From: Chrysomallon squamiferum
Taxonomy: Eukaryota; Animalia; Mollusca
DNA: 64,000 nt
Assembly (NCBI GenBank): GCA_012295275.1
Contig: CM022668.1
Span: 2,604,001 to 2,668,000, forward strand
Direction of reading: 5' to 3'
The position numbers and the translations under genes were made by a program. Below the pieces are notes generated by a model that did not search any database, was not told where the DNA came from, and saw only the letters and a program-made list of their open reading frames with translations. Below, one piece after another: positions 1-14,700 of this stretch (its first letter is position 1; each line of letters begins with the position of its first letter).

Positions 1-666
1 TCTGTCAGGTTCTCTCTCTTATTTTTATTACTTCTATTCTTTAAAAGAAATTAAAATGTTACATTATTTGAATTTAAATTACTTTAAATTGTTATTTGTA
101 AAAAGATTTAAAAAAAAAAAAAATATGCTGTTATTTTAGATCTCAATTTAAATATTTTCATTATTTTTTTTTTTTAAATTGATATTAAGATATTGCTGTG
201 TAAAATATATTGTTTGACATTATAAACAAAATATTTAGATGTTTAAAAGTAATCATTTTTAAATAATAAATAAATGAGTTTTCCTGTAATGAAATATCTG
301 TTTAAAATAATATTTTGTGTTTGATAAAGAATTAATATACACTGTTTAAAAAACATAAAAAATATTTTGATTTTAAAAATGAAAATATGTATTAAAAAAA
401 CAGCATATCTAAAATTAAAACAGATAATAAAAATTACACCATAACTATTAATATTATATAATTACTTAAACAGAAATTAAATTTTATATTAATATCCTTC
501 TCTCAGATATTTGACATTAAATTAGAAATAAAAATAATTCTCTCCGAAATAAAAAAAAAATAAAAAAAAATAAACCCACATTTTGTGTGAAACGTTTCGT
601 AGCATTTAAACTGAAAGTGTTTTTCAAAATATTTAATTGTTGCATGATGTCCATGTATTGATTATT

Positions 667-680
667 GTTGCCATGGAAAC
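667..680. promoter_or_regulatory. RFX X-box GTTGCCATGGAAAC
   Basis: Exact match to the palindromic X-box consensus GTNRCCATGGNAAC. Confidence 0.5.
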
Positions 681-857
681 AGGTGGTTTGGTTTTGTTGT
701 AGAGGCTTGTGTAGAGTTGCATCATAAAGGTTTGAGTTCTTTCTTTGAGTGTGCAGGGTTACCAGACCTAGTGATACTGAGGCTGGAATTAATTTTATGT
801 TGTTTGTGTATTTTTTGTTTAAAAAGTAAATGTAACAGGAAAAACTGTAATAGTTTT

Positions 858-858
<1 letters not shown>

Positions 859-917
<59 letters not shown>

Positions 918-1620
918 GTAAAATGATAATATTAACAGTAATAAGAACAACAGTAACAGAAGTAGTAATAATAATAATAGTAGTGGTATTAGTAGTAGCA
1001 ACAATAGCAGTAGTAGTAGTAGTAGTAGCAGCAGTGACAATAGTAGCAATAGTAGTAGTAATAATAATAATAGTAGTAGTAGTAGTGGTGGTAGTAGTAG
1101 TAGTAATCAATAATACTCATGGTAGTAGTATCTGTTTTATGGTTGTAATAGTAGATGTAGCTGCAATAGCAGCAGTAGCAGTAGCAGTAGCCATTTCAGT
1201 GGTCATATGACAGCAGTAGTAGTCAATAGTAGTGAAAATACTGGTAGTGTAAATGTCTTATCAAATAAAAGTAGTTGTAACAGTAGCAGTAGTGGTAGTA
1301 GTAGTAGTAGTAGTGGTAGTAGTAGTGGTAGTAGTAGTAGTAGTAGTAGTGGTAGTAGTAGTAGTTAATAGTAGTGAAAATACTGGTGGTAGAAATGTCT
1401 TATAAAATAAAAGTAGTTGTAACAGTAGCAGTAGTGGTAGTAGCAGTGATGGTGGTGATAGTAATGATGATGGTGAAGCTTTAGCAGTAGTATTTCAAGT
1501 AGTACTACCAGTAGTAGTTGTAGTAGTTGTAGTAGTTGTAATTGTAGTAGTTGTAGTAGTTGTAGCAGAAGTAATTGTAGTAGTTGTAGTAGTTGTAATT
1601 GTAGTTGTAGTAGTTGTACA
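859..1620. repeat. Compound trinucleotide microsatellite (TAA/TAG/TTG) containing a ~75-bp internal duplication (~1225 and ~1367)
   Basis: Visible (taa)n and (gta)n runs; aatagtagtgaaaatactggt...aaatgtctta...aaagtagttgtaacagtagcagt occurs twice. Confidence 0.9.
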
Positions 1621-1796
1621 ATCCATATAAGGGTCTTTGATAAACTAGTTACAGAGTACTGGCTAGATTGGGCAATAATGCTGTGAGATAACAGAGTAGA
1701 GTTGATCATGTGACTTATAATAATTCAGTACAACTGAGTCTCTGGTGCCTGGACACATTCATAATGTGTGTGTGTGTTGTGTTGTGTTGTGTTGTG

Positions 1797-1836
<40 letters not shown>

Positions 1837-2609
1837 ATGTGTGTGTGTGTAAATAAAAAGTATATGAAAGAATGAAATTATTTTAAATAATAACACCACA
1901 ATATTTAAATATTTTGAGCTTTGATTTTTTTTTCATTTGTTTTTTATTTTGCTGTGTGCATGTTTGCGTGTTTGTGTGTCTGAATATTTGAAATTCCTTT
2001 TCTTGTTTTTCTTTTATTATGATAATTTCAGTGTTATAACATTTTCTTTCTTTTTTTTTAAATTTTTTATTATTATTTTTTTTTTTTTATATATCATTGA
2101 AAATAGAAAAAATGTTTTTATTTATGTGGGCATACTTAGTTCTTTAAATATTTCACAATTTAAAAAATAAAAAATGATTTTATTTTCTAAAATTTGATCT
2201 AGGTAAAACACTAACACAAAGTTTAGTGTCAGTTTTTAATAAATTTCACAATTTTATGAACCTTTCTGAAATTTAATCCTGACATTAAAGTAAGCTTAAC
2301 TTTTTATTTTTTTTTATTTTTTTCAATCCCTCCTCCCCAATTTTTTCCCCCTGAATAATTTTTTTCTTTTTTTTTCTTTTCTTTTCTATCGTTTTTTTTT
2401 TTTAAAACTTGGGTCAGCTTGTTTTTCAAAAAATTACTAAAAATTTTAAAATGTAAAAAATTATTAATTTCTGTAGCATTGTTTTAGTAGCAAAATTAAA
2501 AAGATTAAATTTAAAAATAAATAAATTGTAATCAAACAGCATTTTTTATAAAATATTTACCAAAATTATTAAATAATTTTTAAAAAATTGGTATTATCAA
2601 TATGTGTTT

Positions 2610-2761
2610 TATCTATATGCATATGTGCTTATATGTATCTATGTATGTATATATGTATGTATATATGTATGGATGGATGGATGGATGGATGGATGGATGG
2701 ATGTATGTATGTATGTATGTATGGATGTATGTATGTATGTATGTATGTATGTATGTATGTA

Positions 2762-2797
<36 letters not shown>

Positions 2798-2850
2798 TGT
2801 ATGTATATATGATGTATGTATAGATGTATGTATGTGTATGTTTGGATGTA
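2610..2850. repeat. (ATGT)n/(ATGG)n tetranucleotide microsatellite
   Basis: Direct inspection. Confidence 0.9.
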
Positions 2851-3546
2851 CATGTGTATTTTTACCCTGATAGATCTGAGACAATGGAAACTAAATTATA
2901 ACTAAAAAGATAACTGATAACATAAGGTGTTTCAAGGTAACAGATTAATTAGTACACACCTAATTGTAATTAAACAGATTTTTATGATAAGTTAGATATT
3001 TTAATGTGTGGATACACAAAACTAAATTATGTTTAAAATAATTTTAAAATATTAATAAAAACATTAAAACAAAATCTAAATTATTTTGTTTGTGAAATCA
3101 AGGTTTTAAATATTTAATGTAACTGAAAAAGCAAATTATAATTAAAAAATAAACAGGTGTATTCAGGTAGCATTGTTTTTGTAGAATATTTAAAACACAT
3201 TATACTTAAAGATGTATATAAACTGGTGAATGCATATTTAGGCCCTAACTGAAGACACAGCTGAGAACAAATAACAGTTAAACAGACAGACAGACAGACA
3301 CTCAGAGGTTTATGGGAATAGTTCATGCTGAAATCCTGTTTGTAAGGATGATGTGTAAATACAGAGAATTTCAGTTTATAGCAGTGATGTAGTTTAAACA
3401 TGTAACGCTTTTGATACAATGAATTTTTCATTCATTCATTTTTTATTCATTCATTCATTCATCCACTGATCTAACCACTGATTTTCTTTTCCATTCATTC
3501 ATCCATTTATCTTTCTATCTGTACACATTTTATATCATAGTAAGCT

Positions 3547-3583
<37 letters not shown>

Positions 3584-3829
3584 TTTTCTGATTCATATTT
3601 AATGTGATATCAGTTCTGACCCCAGCCTGTTGTACTGAATCACAGAGTAAGTTTGATGTAGCGTTGTTGTAATGAAACTGGACGTAATTCAGTTCTGTAG
3701 TCAAAGATGCAAATGACTTTCAGTGTAAGCCATGTTTGACAGTGAGTTCTCACACACACAGACATAATTACATACAGACAGGATGCATGTACTTAGTGAG
3801 AAACATAAGTGCACATATAACTATGCATA

Positions 3830-3885
3830 TACACACAGACAAACATACATACAACTATTTTCACATACACACATGCACACATACA

Positions 3886-3920
<35 letters not shown>

Positions 3921-4205
3921 GCACACACAAACACTCACAAAACACAAACAAAAATTGACACATACACATAGGTACACACACATGGACAGACACACACACA
4001 CACAGAGACACACATGGACACATACAGACACACACACAGACATACACACACATACACACACACATGGACAGACACACACACACAGACACACACACACATG
4101 GACATACACACACAAACACACACATGGACAGACACACACACACAGACACACACACACAGGCACACACACACACACACACACAGACACACATACACACATG
4201 GACAG

Positions 4206-4236
<31 letters not shown>

Positions 4237-4260
4237 GACAGACAGACACAGACACAGACT
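3830..4260. repeat. Interrupted (CA)n tract with higher-order unit catggacagacacacaca
   Basis: Direct inspection. Confidence 0.9.
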
Positions 4261-4767
4261 AAGCCCACTCTGCATTTCTCATTTCACTCATGCTGACAAT
4301 ATAATTACTGACCGTGCAAAACGGACAATTTAGCCACAAAGCAGGTGTCCATTATTTCATTAGCTTCCAGTCAGAATCGTCTTCATGGCAACCACTGACC
4401 AGTCCAGTCTGGTCAGTCTGTGATCCCAGTGATTAGACACAATTTACTTTTAATTGCGAATCATCAGCAGCCGAATTTAAAATTTATCAAATTATTTCTC
4501 TATCACATCTCATTAAAGACAGAATGATTTCTGTTCTGTTCTAAATTTAGTGTTTAATTTTTGAATGTGGAAAAGAGTGTGAATGCTTTTAGTAATGTGT
4601 TTCTGTGTTTCTGTGTTTCTCTGTTAGAATGTTTTATTAATACTTTTCTTTTGTTTTGTTTAGTTTTAGTTTTCATTCTGTTGTCTGGATCTAAGTTGTG
4701 TCTAACATTTATATATTAACATACACAGTTATATAGTAGTATTAATGTACATATTTACAAATACCCA

Positions 4768-5000
4768 AATCTTATACTGTTGTAAACAATTTTATACTGT
4801 TGTAAACACTTCTTAAATTGCTGTAAACAAGTCTTATATTGTTGTAAACAAGTCTTATACTATTGTAAACAAATTTTATTCTGTTGTAAACAAATCCTAT
4901 ACTGTAGTAAATATTTCTTATACTTTATAAATAAATTTTACTCTTTACTAATTTTATACTATTGTAAACAAATTTTGTAAACAAATCTTATGTTTTTAAA
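4768..5000. repeat. ~21-bp degenerate minisatellite (tactgttgtaaacaartctta), ~10 copies
   Basis: Recurring ttgtaaaca at ~21-bp spacing. Confidence 0.75.
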
Positions 5001-5309
5001 TAAATTGTACTTTTTACAAATCTTATTGAAGTTTTATGTTGTAGTTGAGAACAGGTTCTAAACTGTGGCAAGTGCACATCTTGTACTTGTGTAAACAAAT
5101 CTGACAGTTTACAAATGTTGTAAACATGTCATCTCTCCTCTAATTAACTGCAGTAAACAGTGAGTCGACTCATTTGACACTCACAAACACCTGACTGATT
5201 TGTGAGCATTTTTCTCAGTGACAGAACTGATGATAGAAAAACACTCGTACTATTCCTGTCTTGTTATAACTGATTTAGTTATTTGTATGTGTGTGTGTTT
5301 GTGTGTGTT

Positions 5310-5345
<36 letters not shown>

Positions 5346-5356
5346 TAGTGTCTGTG

Positions 5357-5461
<105 letters not shown>

Positions 5462-6259
5462 CTATACTTGTTTGAAGTAAGTTCTTACTCTAGGTTTGTA
5501 GAAATATCATAAAAAAAGTAAATAAATGTGAAGTGTTTATTAAAACTGATATGTGTTAGGAACAAGTAAATATATTCTGCATGACTGTTTTTATTACTTC
5601 TTACTGATAGGCTAAACACATTTTGTATATCTCTTCATTATTGCTTTGTTATTGGAGAGCAAACTTTGTTGATAATAAAGACTGGCAGTGAAATGAGCTG
5701 TCATCATTTACTACACAGGAAAGACAGTCTGTCATTTTCTTAATTTGTATCCACATTTTTTATCCTTTTTTTTATAATTAATATTATTTTTAATATTGTT
5801 GTCATACTTTGTCATTAACAAAGTTTGGCCACCAGTAGCATTACTTATTGTGCTTTATTACCCTCTATCTATTTTAAGTAAATTATTTCTGTCAGTCTCT
5901 CTGTCTGTCTACCACTATGTGTTTCCAACTGTCTTTTCCTGGTCACAAAATATTTTCAGAAATTTAAAATTATTCATTTTTGTCCTTCAGTACTATTACA
6001 AACTATATATAAAGACTGAGTTTCCAGTTAGACACTTGCTCTTTTTTTTTTTTTTTTTTTTTGATTTTTTTTTTAAAAACAAAATGTTAAAATTTATTTT
6101 AAAAAAAATGTATAAAAATTACATCTCTTTCTCATTCTTTTCAGGACAAACATTAATTAATGTTGTAAATTTGTTTTAATGATTTAATGAAATACGTGTG
6201 TATTATTTATTTATTTATTTGTTTATTTATTTATTTGTTTATTTGTTTTTGTTTTGCAG

Positions 6260-6371
6260 CCGGAAGAGCCGAAGCCACTGAGGCACGCGTTCAAACTTTA
6301 CCACTTCCGGCGGCCTCACACGTGTTTTGTGTGTAAACAGCTCGTGTGGAACCAGGGCTCAGCCTGTCAGA
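6260..6371 (+). CDS. TNS: Internal coding exon, first part of a C1 (Cys/His zinc-finger) domain; probable tensin-like gene
   Basis: Acceptor ttgtttttgttttgcag ends at 6259 and donor GTGAGT starts at 6372. 112 nt, phase 0 to phase 1, GC/CpG-rich versus flanks. Translates PEEPKPLRHAFKLYHFRRPHTCFVCKQLVWNQGSACQ (H-x12-C-x2-C-x10-C). Resembles the tensin C1 exon as recalled (PEDLEAPKTHRFK...C..C...EG..C); family assignment is from memory, not a search. Confidence 0.88.
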
Positions 6372-6377
6372 GTGAGT

Positions 6378-7400
6378 ATATACTTCACTGTGTACTTCAC
6401 TGTGTACTTCACTGTGTACTTCACTTTGTACTTCACTGTGTACTTCACTGTGTACTTCACTGTATATTTCACTTTATACTTCACTTTATACTTCACTTTG
6501 TACTTCACTGTATACTTCACTTTGTACTTCACTTTGTACTTCACTGTATACTTCACTTTGTACTTCACTGTGTATTTCACTGTATACTTCACTTTGTACT
6601 TCACTGTATACTTCATTTTGTACTTCACTTTGTACTTCACTGTATAGTTCACTGTATACTTCACTTTGTACTTCACTGTATACTTCACTTTGTACTTCAC
6701 TTTGTACTCCACTTTGTACTTCACTTTGTACTTCATTGTATACTTCACTGTCTACTTCACTGTATACTTCACTTTGTACTTCACTGTATACTTCACTTTA
6801 TACTTCACTATATACTTCACTTTATACTTTATTTGATACTTCACTTTATACATCAGTTTCTACTTCATTTTATACTTCACTTTATACTTCACTTTATACT
6901 TCATTTTATGCTTCATATTATAGTTCAGGTTATACTTCATTTTTAAACTCCACTTTATTCAATTTTATACTTCATTTTATACTTCAGTTTATACTTCAAT
7001 TTTATACTGCAATTTATATTTCATTATGTATTATTCAGTAGTACTGCTTCAGTTTTTATACCTGGTTATATACTTCAATTTATGCTTTATTTTTAAACTT
7101 TATTTTATACTCCATTTTATACATTATTATGTAGTTCATTTTATTTTTATTTTTTATACATCATGACATACTTTAGTTTATGTTTTAGTTATATTTTATA
7201 CTTTTCATTTTATACTTAAGTTTATACTTCATTATATGTTTTAGTTTATACATCATTTATACTTCAATTAATACTTCAGTTTATACTTCTTTCGTACATT
7301 ATTGTATATTTCAGTTTATACTTCATTTTATATACTTCATTTTATACTTAACTTTATGCGTAACTTTATACTCCAGTTTATACATCATTGTATACATCAG
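6378..7400. repeat. 12-bp minisatellite (TACTTCACTKTR) starting right after the C1 exon donor, degenerating after ~6950
   Basis: Tandem tacttcactgtg/tacttcactttg units; 4-aa periodicity in overlapping ORFs. Confidence 0.95.
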
Positions 7401-9585
7401 ACATTATTACACCAACATTTCATACTGAGATATTATTCAGAATTGAGATGTGATAAAATTAAATATTGAAATATAATCAAAAATGTATTATTCAGATTTG
7501 GTACAAGATTTAATATTGAAATATTATTCAAATAAGATTAAAAAATATTAATATTTATATATAATTCACAACTGAATATTTAACCAATATGAGTTACAAA
7601 AAGCCATAGTAAGTGTTTTCATGTAAATGGGAAGGTGCATATATAGTAGACATCTTCTTGCTAAGAAAAACTGATGGATAACAAATAAGATTTTTCTCCT
7701 AACAATACCATCATTATATAAACTGTATATGAATTTATTTCTTCTATATACAAGAAATAAATTCATATACAGTTTATAATAGTGAAACCTTTTTTACATT
7801 CTGAATTTTATTTTTAATATTTAGCAAGGACAAAAGTTAAAATTGTTATTTTCTCACAGCCAGTGTTAAACCAGCTTTTCTTTTACATTAACATCTTTCA
7901 TCTCATTTTAATAGGTCATTTAAAAAAATTAATAAATAAGAACCAAAAAAATGAAGAAGAAATTTACCCATCAAACTTTAAATGCAGGATTCATTATTCA
8001 CAAATAATTTATCTTGTGCAGTAATTTCAGTATTACATGTCTTGCAGACACAAATAACTGTCATATTTCATGGTTACTGGCTTATTATAAAAAAAATACC
8101 CGAAACAACAACAACAACCAACAAACATTAATTACTTGTCTGAGGGATAAAATGAATGAGAAGATTTAGTTTTGTGAAAATAAAGAAATTGTCAGGATTT
8201 TCTGCTAAACCACAGATTTGTTTAAATCAACAAAACAGAAGAAAAATAAAGGATAGAAAAAGAATTTGACTGATGGTGAATGGTAGAAAAAACTTGAATA
8301 AAAAAAAGTGAAAAAAACAACAAATTAAATAAAAATTAAGAGTGAACAAACCAAACAGAAATGAAAAAAAAAGTAATAATTATAAAAAAAATAAGAATAA
8401 AACTAAAAAATATGCATATATGAGAAATAATTTTAAAAAAAACAGTGAAAAAGTTCAGAGTTTAGTCATTGTGTGCTTGATGTCTGTGAAGATTAGATAG
8501 AACTGAGACTTGTATTTAGATTTAAATCTAAATCTGTAACACAAAACAAACACAACAATGAAATCATCCTTCAAACACACAAACACTTTTAGTGTAAATG
8601 CTTTTATATGTTTTAATCAAACAAGAGTTTTGTTTGTTTATTTGTTTGTTGGTGTTTTCTTGATGTTTTTTTTGTGGTTGTTGTTGTTTATCTATTTACT
8701 TACTTATTAATACAAAGATTTATTTATATACTTATTTACTTCAGTCAGTATTTAGTTATTTTTGGCCTATTTATGCATTTATTAATTAATTAATTTATTT
8801 AGTTACTTACTTTTTATAGTATTTATTAACTTGTTCATTCATTTATTAATTTACTAGTTTATTTATTTTATTTTCTTACATACCTACTTATGTAAGTATT
8901 TATTTATTTATTTACTTACTTACTTATTCATTCATTCATCCAAGCCATTGAGTTGAGTTTAAACAAGATCTGTGAACTGAGATATTTAAAACTGTTTTCA
9001 TTCCAACAGGTTAACTTACTTCATTCATTCATTCAATCATTTATTCATCCATTCAATCATTCATTCATTCATTCAAGCTCTATTCCAATCTACCACACAG
9101 CACTAACCTATGATGAGGTGTTGTTTAAAAGAGATCTGAGATATTTAAAACTGTTTTCATTACCCCAGGGTCACTGAAAGACTTCTCCCTGTCAAAGTCT
9201 GGCTTTAGTTAATCTCAGCCTGAGTCTTTCTGTCTTTGATGTGGAAACGGAAGCCATATTTGTTTTTTAACTGCTTTCAGTTTTTCATACTTGATATCCT
9301 TGTGTGTGTGTGTGTGACCTTCACCTTTCATAGAGGGACGTTTCAAAATGTTTAAAATTAAAGTGATGTTCTGTGTGTGTGTGTACTTGTGTGTGTTTGT
9401 GTTAATGTATGTGCAAGTGTTTGTATGTGAGTGTGTGTGTAAATTTGTGTGTATGTGTGTGTGTGTGTATTAATGAGTGCATGTATATATTTGTTCATGT
9501 AGATCCATGTTCCTGTGTTTTTAAAATGTATTAGTACTTGTGTTTAAAGCTGTATGCTGATAAAATTAATTATATATGCTTTGTG

Positions 9586-9620
<35 letters not shown>

Positions 9621-11146
9621 ATGTGTGTGTATTTAATCTGTAGATAATTTTTTATTTTATTTATTATTTTTGATTTCTGTATGTTGCAATGTATATGTCA
9701 ATATGTATATATTTATATGCATGTATCAGTGTATAGATTAGTATATGTTTGTGTATATGTATTTATAGATGCATATATGTATTTATATATGTATATATGT
9801 ATTTATATATGTATATATGTTATGTTTTTATATATATATATCTGCAGACATGTATGATTATAACAGATAAAAAAGAAAAGTCTACACTGTCTTACGTGTC
9901 TAAGTTTTCATATTGAACAGTCTGCAGTGAGTTAAAGATCGTATAACACACCTAATCAATATCACAGTGTGTAGCGTGTTTTGTGTCGCATCCACGCAAC
10001 TAAACAAACCACATTGTTGTTACCTGTCACATACATCTCAATCTGCCCCACTTTCATCCCCAGGTAATTGGCAATTTCTCTTTCTCCAGGTAATTGGCAG
10101 GTTAAAGGTGTAGAGATAATTTTTATAATGGTTTTCTGATAAAAAAAAAAAGAGTCGAAAATTTGATACCTGTCTCATTCACCTGTACAGGTAGGTGGTG
10201 TGTTGTGTTTTCGCCTGTAGGTAATTACAGGTTTTGTTTTCACTGTTTAAAATGACTGTTTACTTTCTCAGACACTGGCTGAATAAGGTGTGATAATGAT
10301 GATGATGGTAATGTTATGTTTAAGAAAGGTTTGGTTTATTTTAGTTTGTCTCGACAGTGAACAGAGTAGCTGCTATTTTTATTTCAGTAACATTCAGATG
10401 TGTGTGTACATAAGTATGTGCTTTTATGTGCGTAAATATACACATACCTGTGTATGTTTGAGTTAGTGTGTGTGTGTGTGTGTGTGTGTGTGGTTACATG
10501 TGTATATGGTTGTATGTGTATACGTACGTTTGTATATGAATGTGTATCTATATATATAAATCTATATATCTATATATAAATATGTGTATGTGTTTATGCA
10601 TGTATGTATGTATGTATCTATATATATGTGCATGTGTGTGTGTGTGTGTGTATCTATATATATGTATATAAGTGTTATGAATATGTGTATATGTTTATGA
10701 TTGTATGTATACATGTGTTAGTGTGTGGTGTGTTTGTAATTATATTTGCCATTTTTTCTTAATGGCCAGAGACATTAAATAAAATGAACTAATTTAGTTT
10801 GTACATATCTAACAGAAAGTAATATCAGAAATAATCATAGAAAAACAACATCTTGAGATGTGTTTACTCACTTGGTACAGAATAAATACATTTGAGATGA
10901 TAAGTAAACAGATGGTAAACAATTTGTAAACAGTAAGTAAACATTTGTAAACACTGGCAGTGTTTTTGTGTAAACAGGTGATGCATTTCATGTTATTAAG
11001 CTGTAGCCACTTCATCATATTTGACAAGGTAATCACATTCAGGTGAAGCATACCTGCATCTCACCTGACAGCCTGTCTACATCACACAGGTGCAAAATGT
11101 GTGTCAGAAATACCTTAGTAATATAGATTTAGAATTCTGTCACAGC

Positions 11147-11800
<654 letters not shown>

Positions 11801-12311
11801 TGTGTGTAGGAAAGCTAAGCTAATGTAAATATCTCACCATATTTTATATTTTGCTTATCATACATGTTCAGTGTTTATCTCACCTTGTTATTTACTATAT
11901 TGTGTTTATCTCACCTGTGTGTTTAATATGTTGTATTTATCTAATACATGGTGTATATACCTGACACCTGTCATATACAGAGTCACTGAGGTTACTTGGT
12001 GTGTGTACAGTAAACACAGAGATACACAGAATGTTTCGCTGCAAGGTTTGATTCAGGCAGTGATAACTCTCAATGTAGAATGTTGTTTTGTTTCTCTAGT
12101 ATTTGTTTCTGTTTGTTATCAAGTGCAAAAACATGACATTAGTATTTTGAGTGTGCTTATATACATACAGAGAGAGAGCAGAAAGGAGTTGAAGAGAGAA
12201 ATAGACAGAAAGAAAAAGAGACAGGGAGAAAGAAAAAAGATAATGGAAGAGAGTGAAAGATGGAGAAAGTGACAAGAAAAGAGAGAAAGAAAGTTGATAA
12301 AATGGAACAGA

Positions 12312-12371
<60 letters not shown>

Positions 12372-13149
12372 AAAATTCCAAGTAGATGAAAAAGATACAC
12401 ATTCAAAACGAGGCAGTAAATATAGAAACACAAAACAAAAAACAAAAACAATTTATACATTCATGCACAGCTGTTCAAATGTGCAGTCATGAAATAAGTA
12501 ATTAACACAAAAAGTTTCCAAAGCATGAGCCACTTCCTTCTAACACAGCACTGTTTTTACAGACAACTTAATAGTTTTTCAAGGGTTGTCTTCTTACTTC
12601 ATTTTTTATTGTTTTTTTAAATTAAAGAGCATATTCTGCCTATGATACTAAATTTTAATTTTAATAATTATTCAGTTTTTAATAGTGATTCTTTTCTTTA
12701 AAAAAAAAAAAAAAAAAAAAAAACCTGAAAGAAAGAAAAATGCATAAAAAAAGAAGGAAAATGGCTTCCTTTTCATCCCCGGTCTCCATGTTTGTTCCCA
12801 GGTTTCAAGATTTTGTGTAAACAATTCTCTTTTAACAGTCTCTGGAATAATCAATTATAGAAACCAGAGGCACTCACACTATTACACTGAAATAGCTTCA
12901 GTCTGTTTGGAGTTTTTACAACTCCTTCAGCTTCTGAAGAAAATCTTCTCTTGTTAGCTCTGAATGAAGATTTTTCAGCTCTTGGTGAAGGTTGATCTTC
13001 TTTTGACCTAAATACCAGCAGTTTTCTGAATTCCCTGATAGTTCAATCTGGACAGGATATTGCTACTGTGTTATTTTTTAAAAATAAATTTTGTTTAAAG
13101 ATATTTTAGTTTTCAACGTAAAGGTTTTAGTTAATGATTGGTGATGTAT

Positions 13150-13154
13150 GTTTG

Positions 13155-13232
<78 letters not shown>

Positions 13233-13335
13233 TGTGTGTGTCTGTGTGTGTCTCTGTGTGTCTCTGTGTGTGTGTGTGTCTGTGTGTGTCTGTGTGTCTG
13301 TGTGTGTGACTGTCTGTGTGCATGTGTGTTTGTGT

Positions 13336-13376
<41 letters not shown>

Positions 13377-13390
13377 TGTGTGTGTGTGTA
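13150..13390. repeat. (TG)n microsatellite
   Basis: Direct inspection. Confidence 0.9.
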
Positions 13391-13754
13391 ACTGCGTAGG
13401 TAGGTGGGTGGATGTGTTAAAAATTTTCAAAGCTTTCAGTTTTTCTTCACATTTTCAAAAAAGTAAAATAACAACAACAATAACAATAATGCAGTGAATG
13501 CCATGATGACAAATAAAATAACAATTATTTATTATTTTGATGAAATTATTAACACAATTGTTTATTTATAGATATTCATCTCATTCTCTCAATATATTTA
13601 TCTCTTTTTTAAACTTTCTTCTTCTTTCTTTCTTCTGTCAGTCTCTGTCTTTCTCTCTCTGTCTCTGTCTCTCTGTCACTCCATGTCTGTCTCTCTCTGT
13701 CTCTCTGTCTCTAAATTGTATATTTGTTAATTACCTGTATGTTCTATATTTCAG

Positions 13755-13792
13755 TTTGTCGCTACATCTGTCATAGAAAATGTGAACTGGAG
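13755..13792 (+). CDS. TNS: 38-nt internal coding exon, second part of the C1 domain (I-CRYICHRKCELE)
   Basis: Acceptor tatatttcag ends at 13754 and donor GAG|GTAAGT starts at 13793. Its phase-1 start completes codon A+TT (Ile) from the previous exon. Supplies C-x4-H-x2-C with the CHRKC motif typical of tensin C1 domains, and ends in phase 0. Confidence 0.88.
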
Positions 13793-13853
13793 GTAAGTGG
13801 ATTTTTACAACTTCTAGATGTACCATACAAATACACTTTGTTTTACACACACA

Positions 13854-13918
<65 letters not shown>

Positions 13919-14339
13919 ATTTTTTCCAGCCACATATAAACCAGTGAGTAGCAACTGAAACCAGTAATCAGTTCTCACATCACTTCTGATTAAACAAACA
14001 GTTTGTGTGTGCGCAGATTCTGATATCAAAACCGCTACACGTGACTCTGATTTGCTTCAGTGGATTAGTGGATTAGTGACTGTATTAGTGATTGGGTTAC
14101 ATATTTGATAAGTGTCATTATCGGAGGAAATGGTGATACAGTTTCATCTGTATGCTAATAACCAGTTTTAATAGATTCATCACCAAAGAGTTATCACAGT
14201 TTGAAACTCTTCTCACCTACTGATACCAGTTTCTGATGTTGTAATTGTGACCCTTGAAACAGAAGCTGAGATTAGGTTTTTTTTTATTAAAATACTAAAA
14301 TAATTTACTTTAGAGAAACATTGGTATGTGATTTGTAAC

Positions 14340-14700
14340 GATATCACAGTGATATTACATTATGATGTGTGATATTAATGAGATATTACATATTGATATA
14401 ATATTATAATGATATTACACACTGATATATGATAGAGTGGTATTACACATTAATATATGATACTATACTAATATATATGATATTTATGGTGATATTAATC
14501 ACTGATATATGATATTACAGAGATAGTATTCATTGATTTATATTACAGTAATATTACACAATGATGTACTGCAGTGATACACTTTTGTATGATTTTATAG
14601 TGATATTACACAATGGTATATGATACACTGATGCTATACATTGATATATGATATAATAGTTAAATTACTGAGATATTACAGTGATATGTTATAGTGTAGC
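14340..14700. repeat. Degenerate gtgatattaca/tgatata repeat
   Basis: Recurring gatattaca motifs. Confidence 0.6.
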
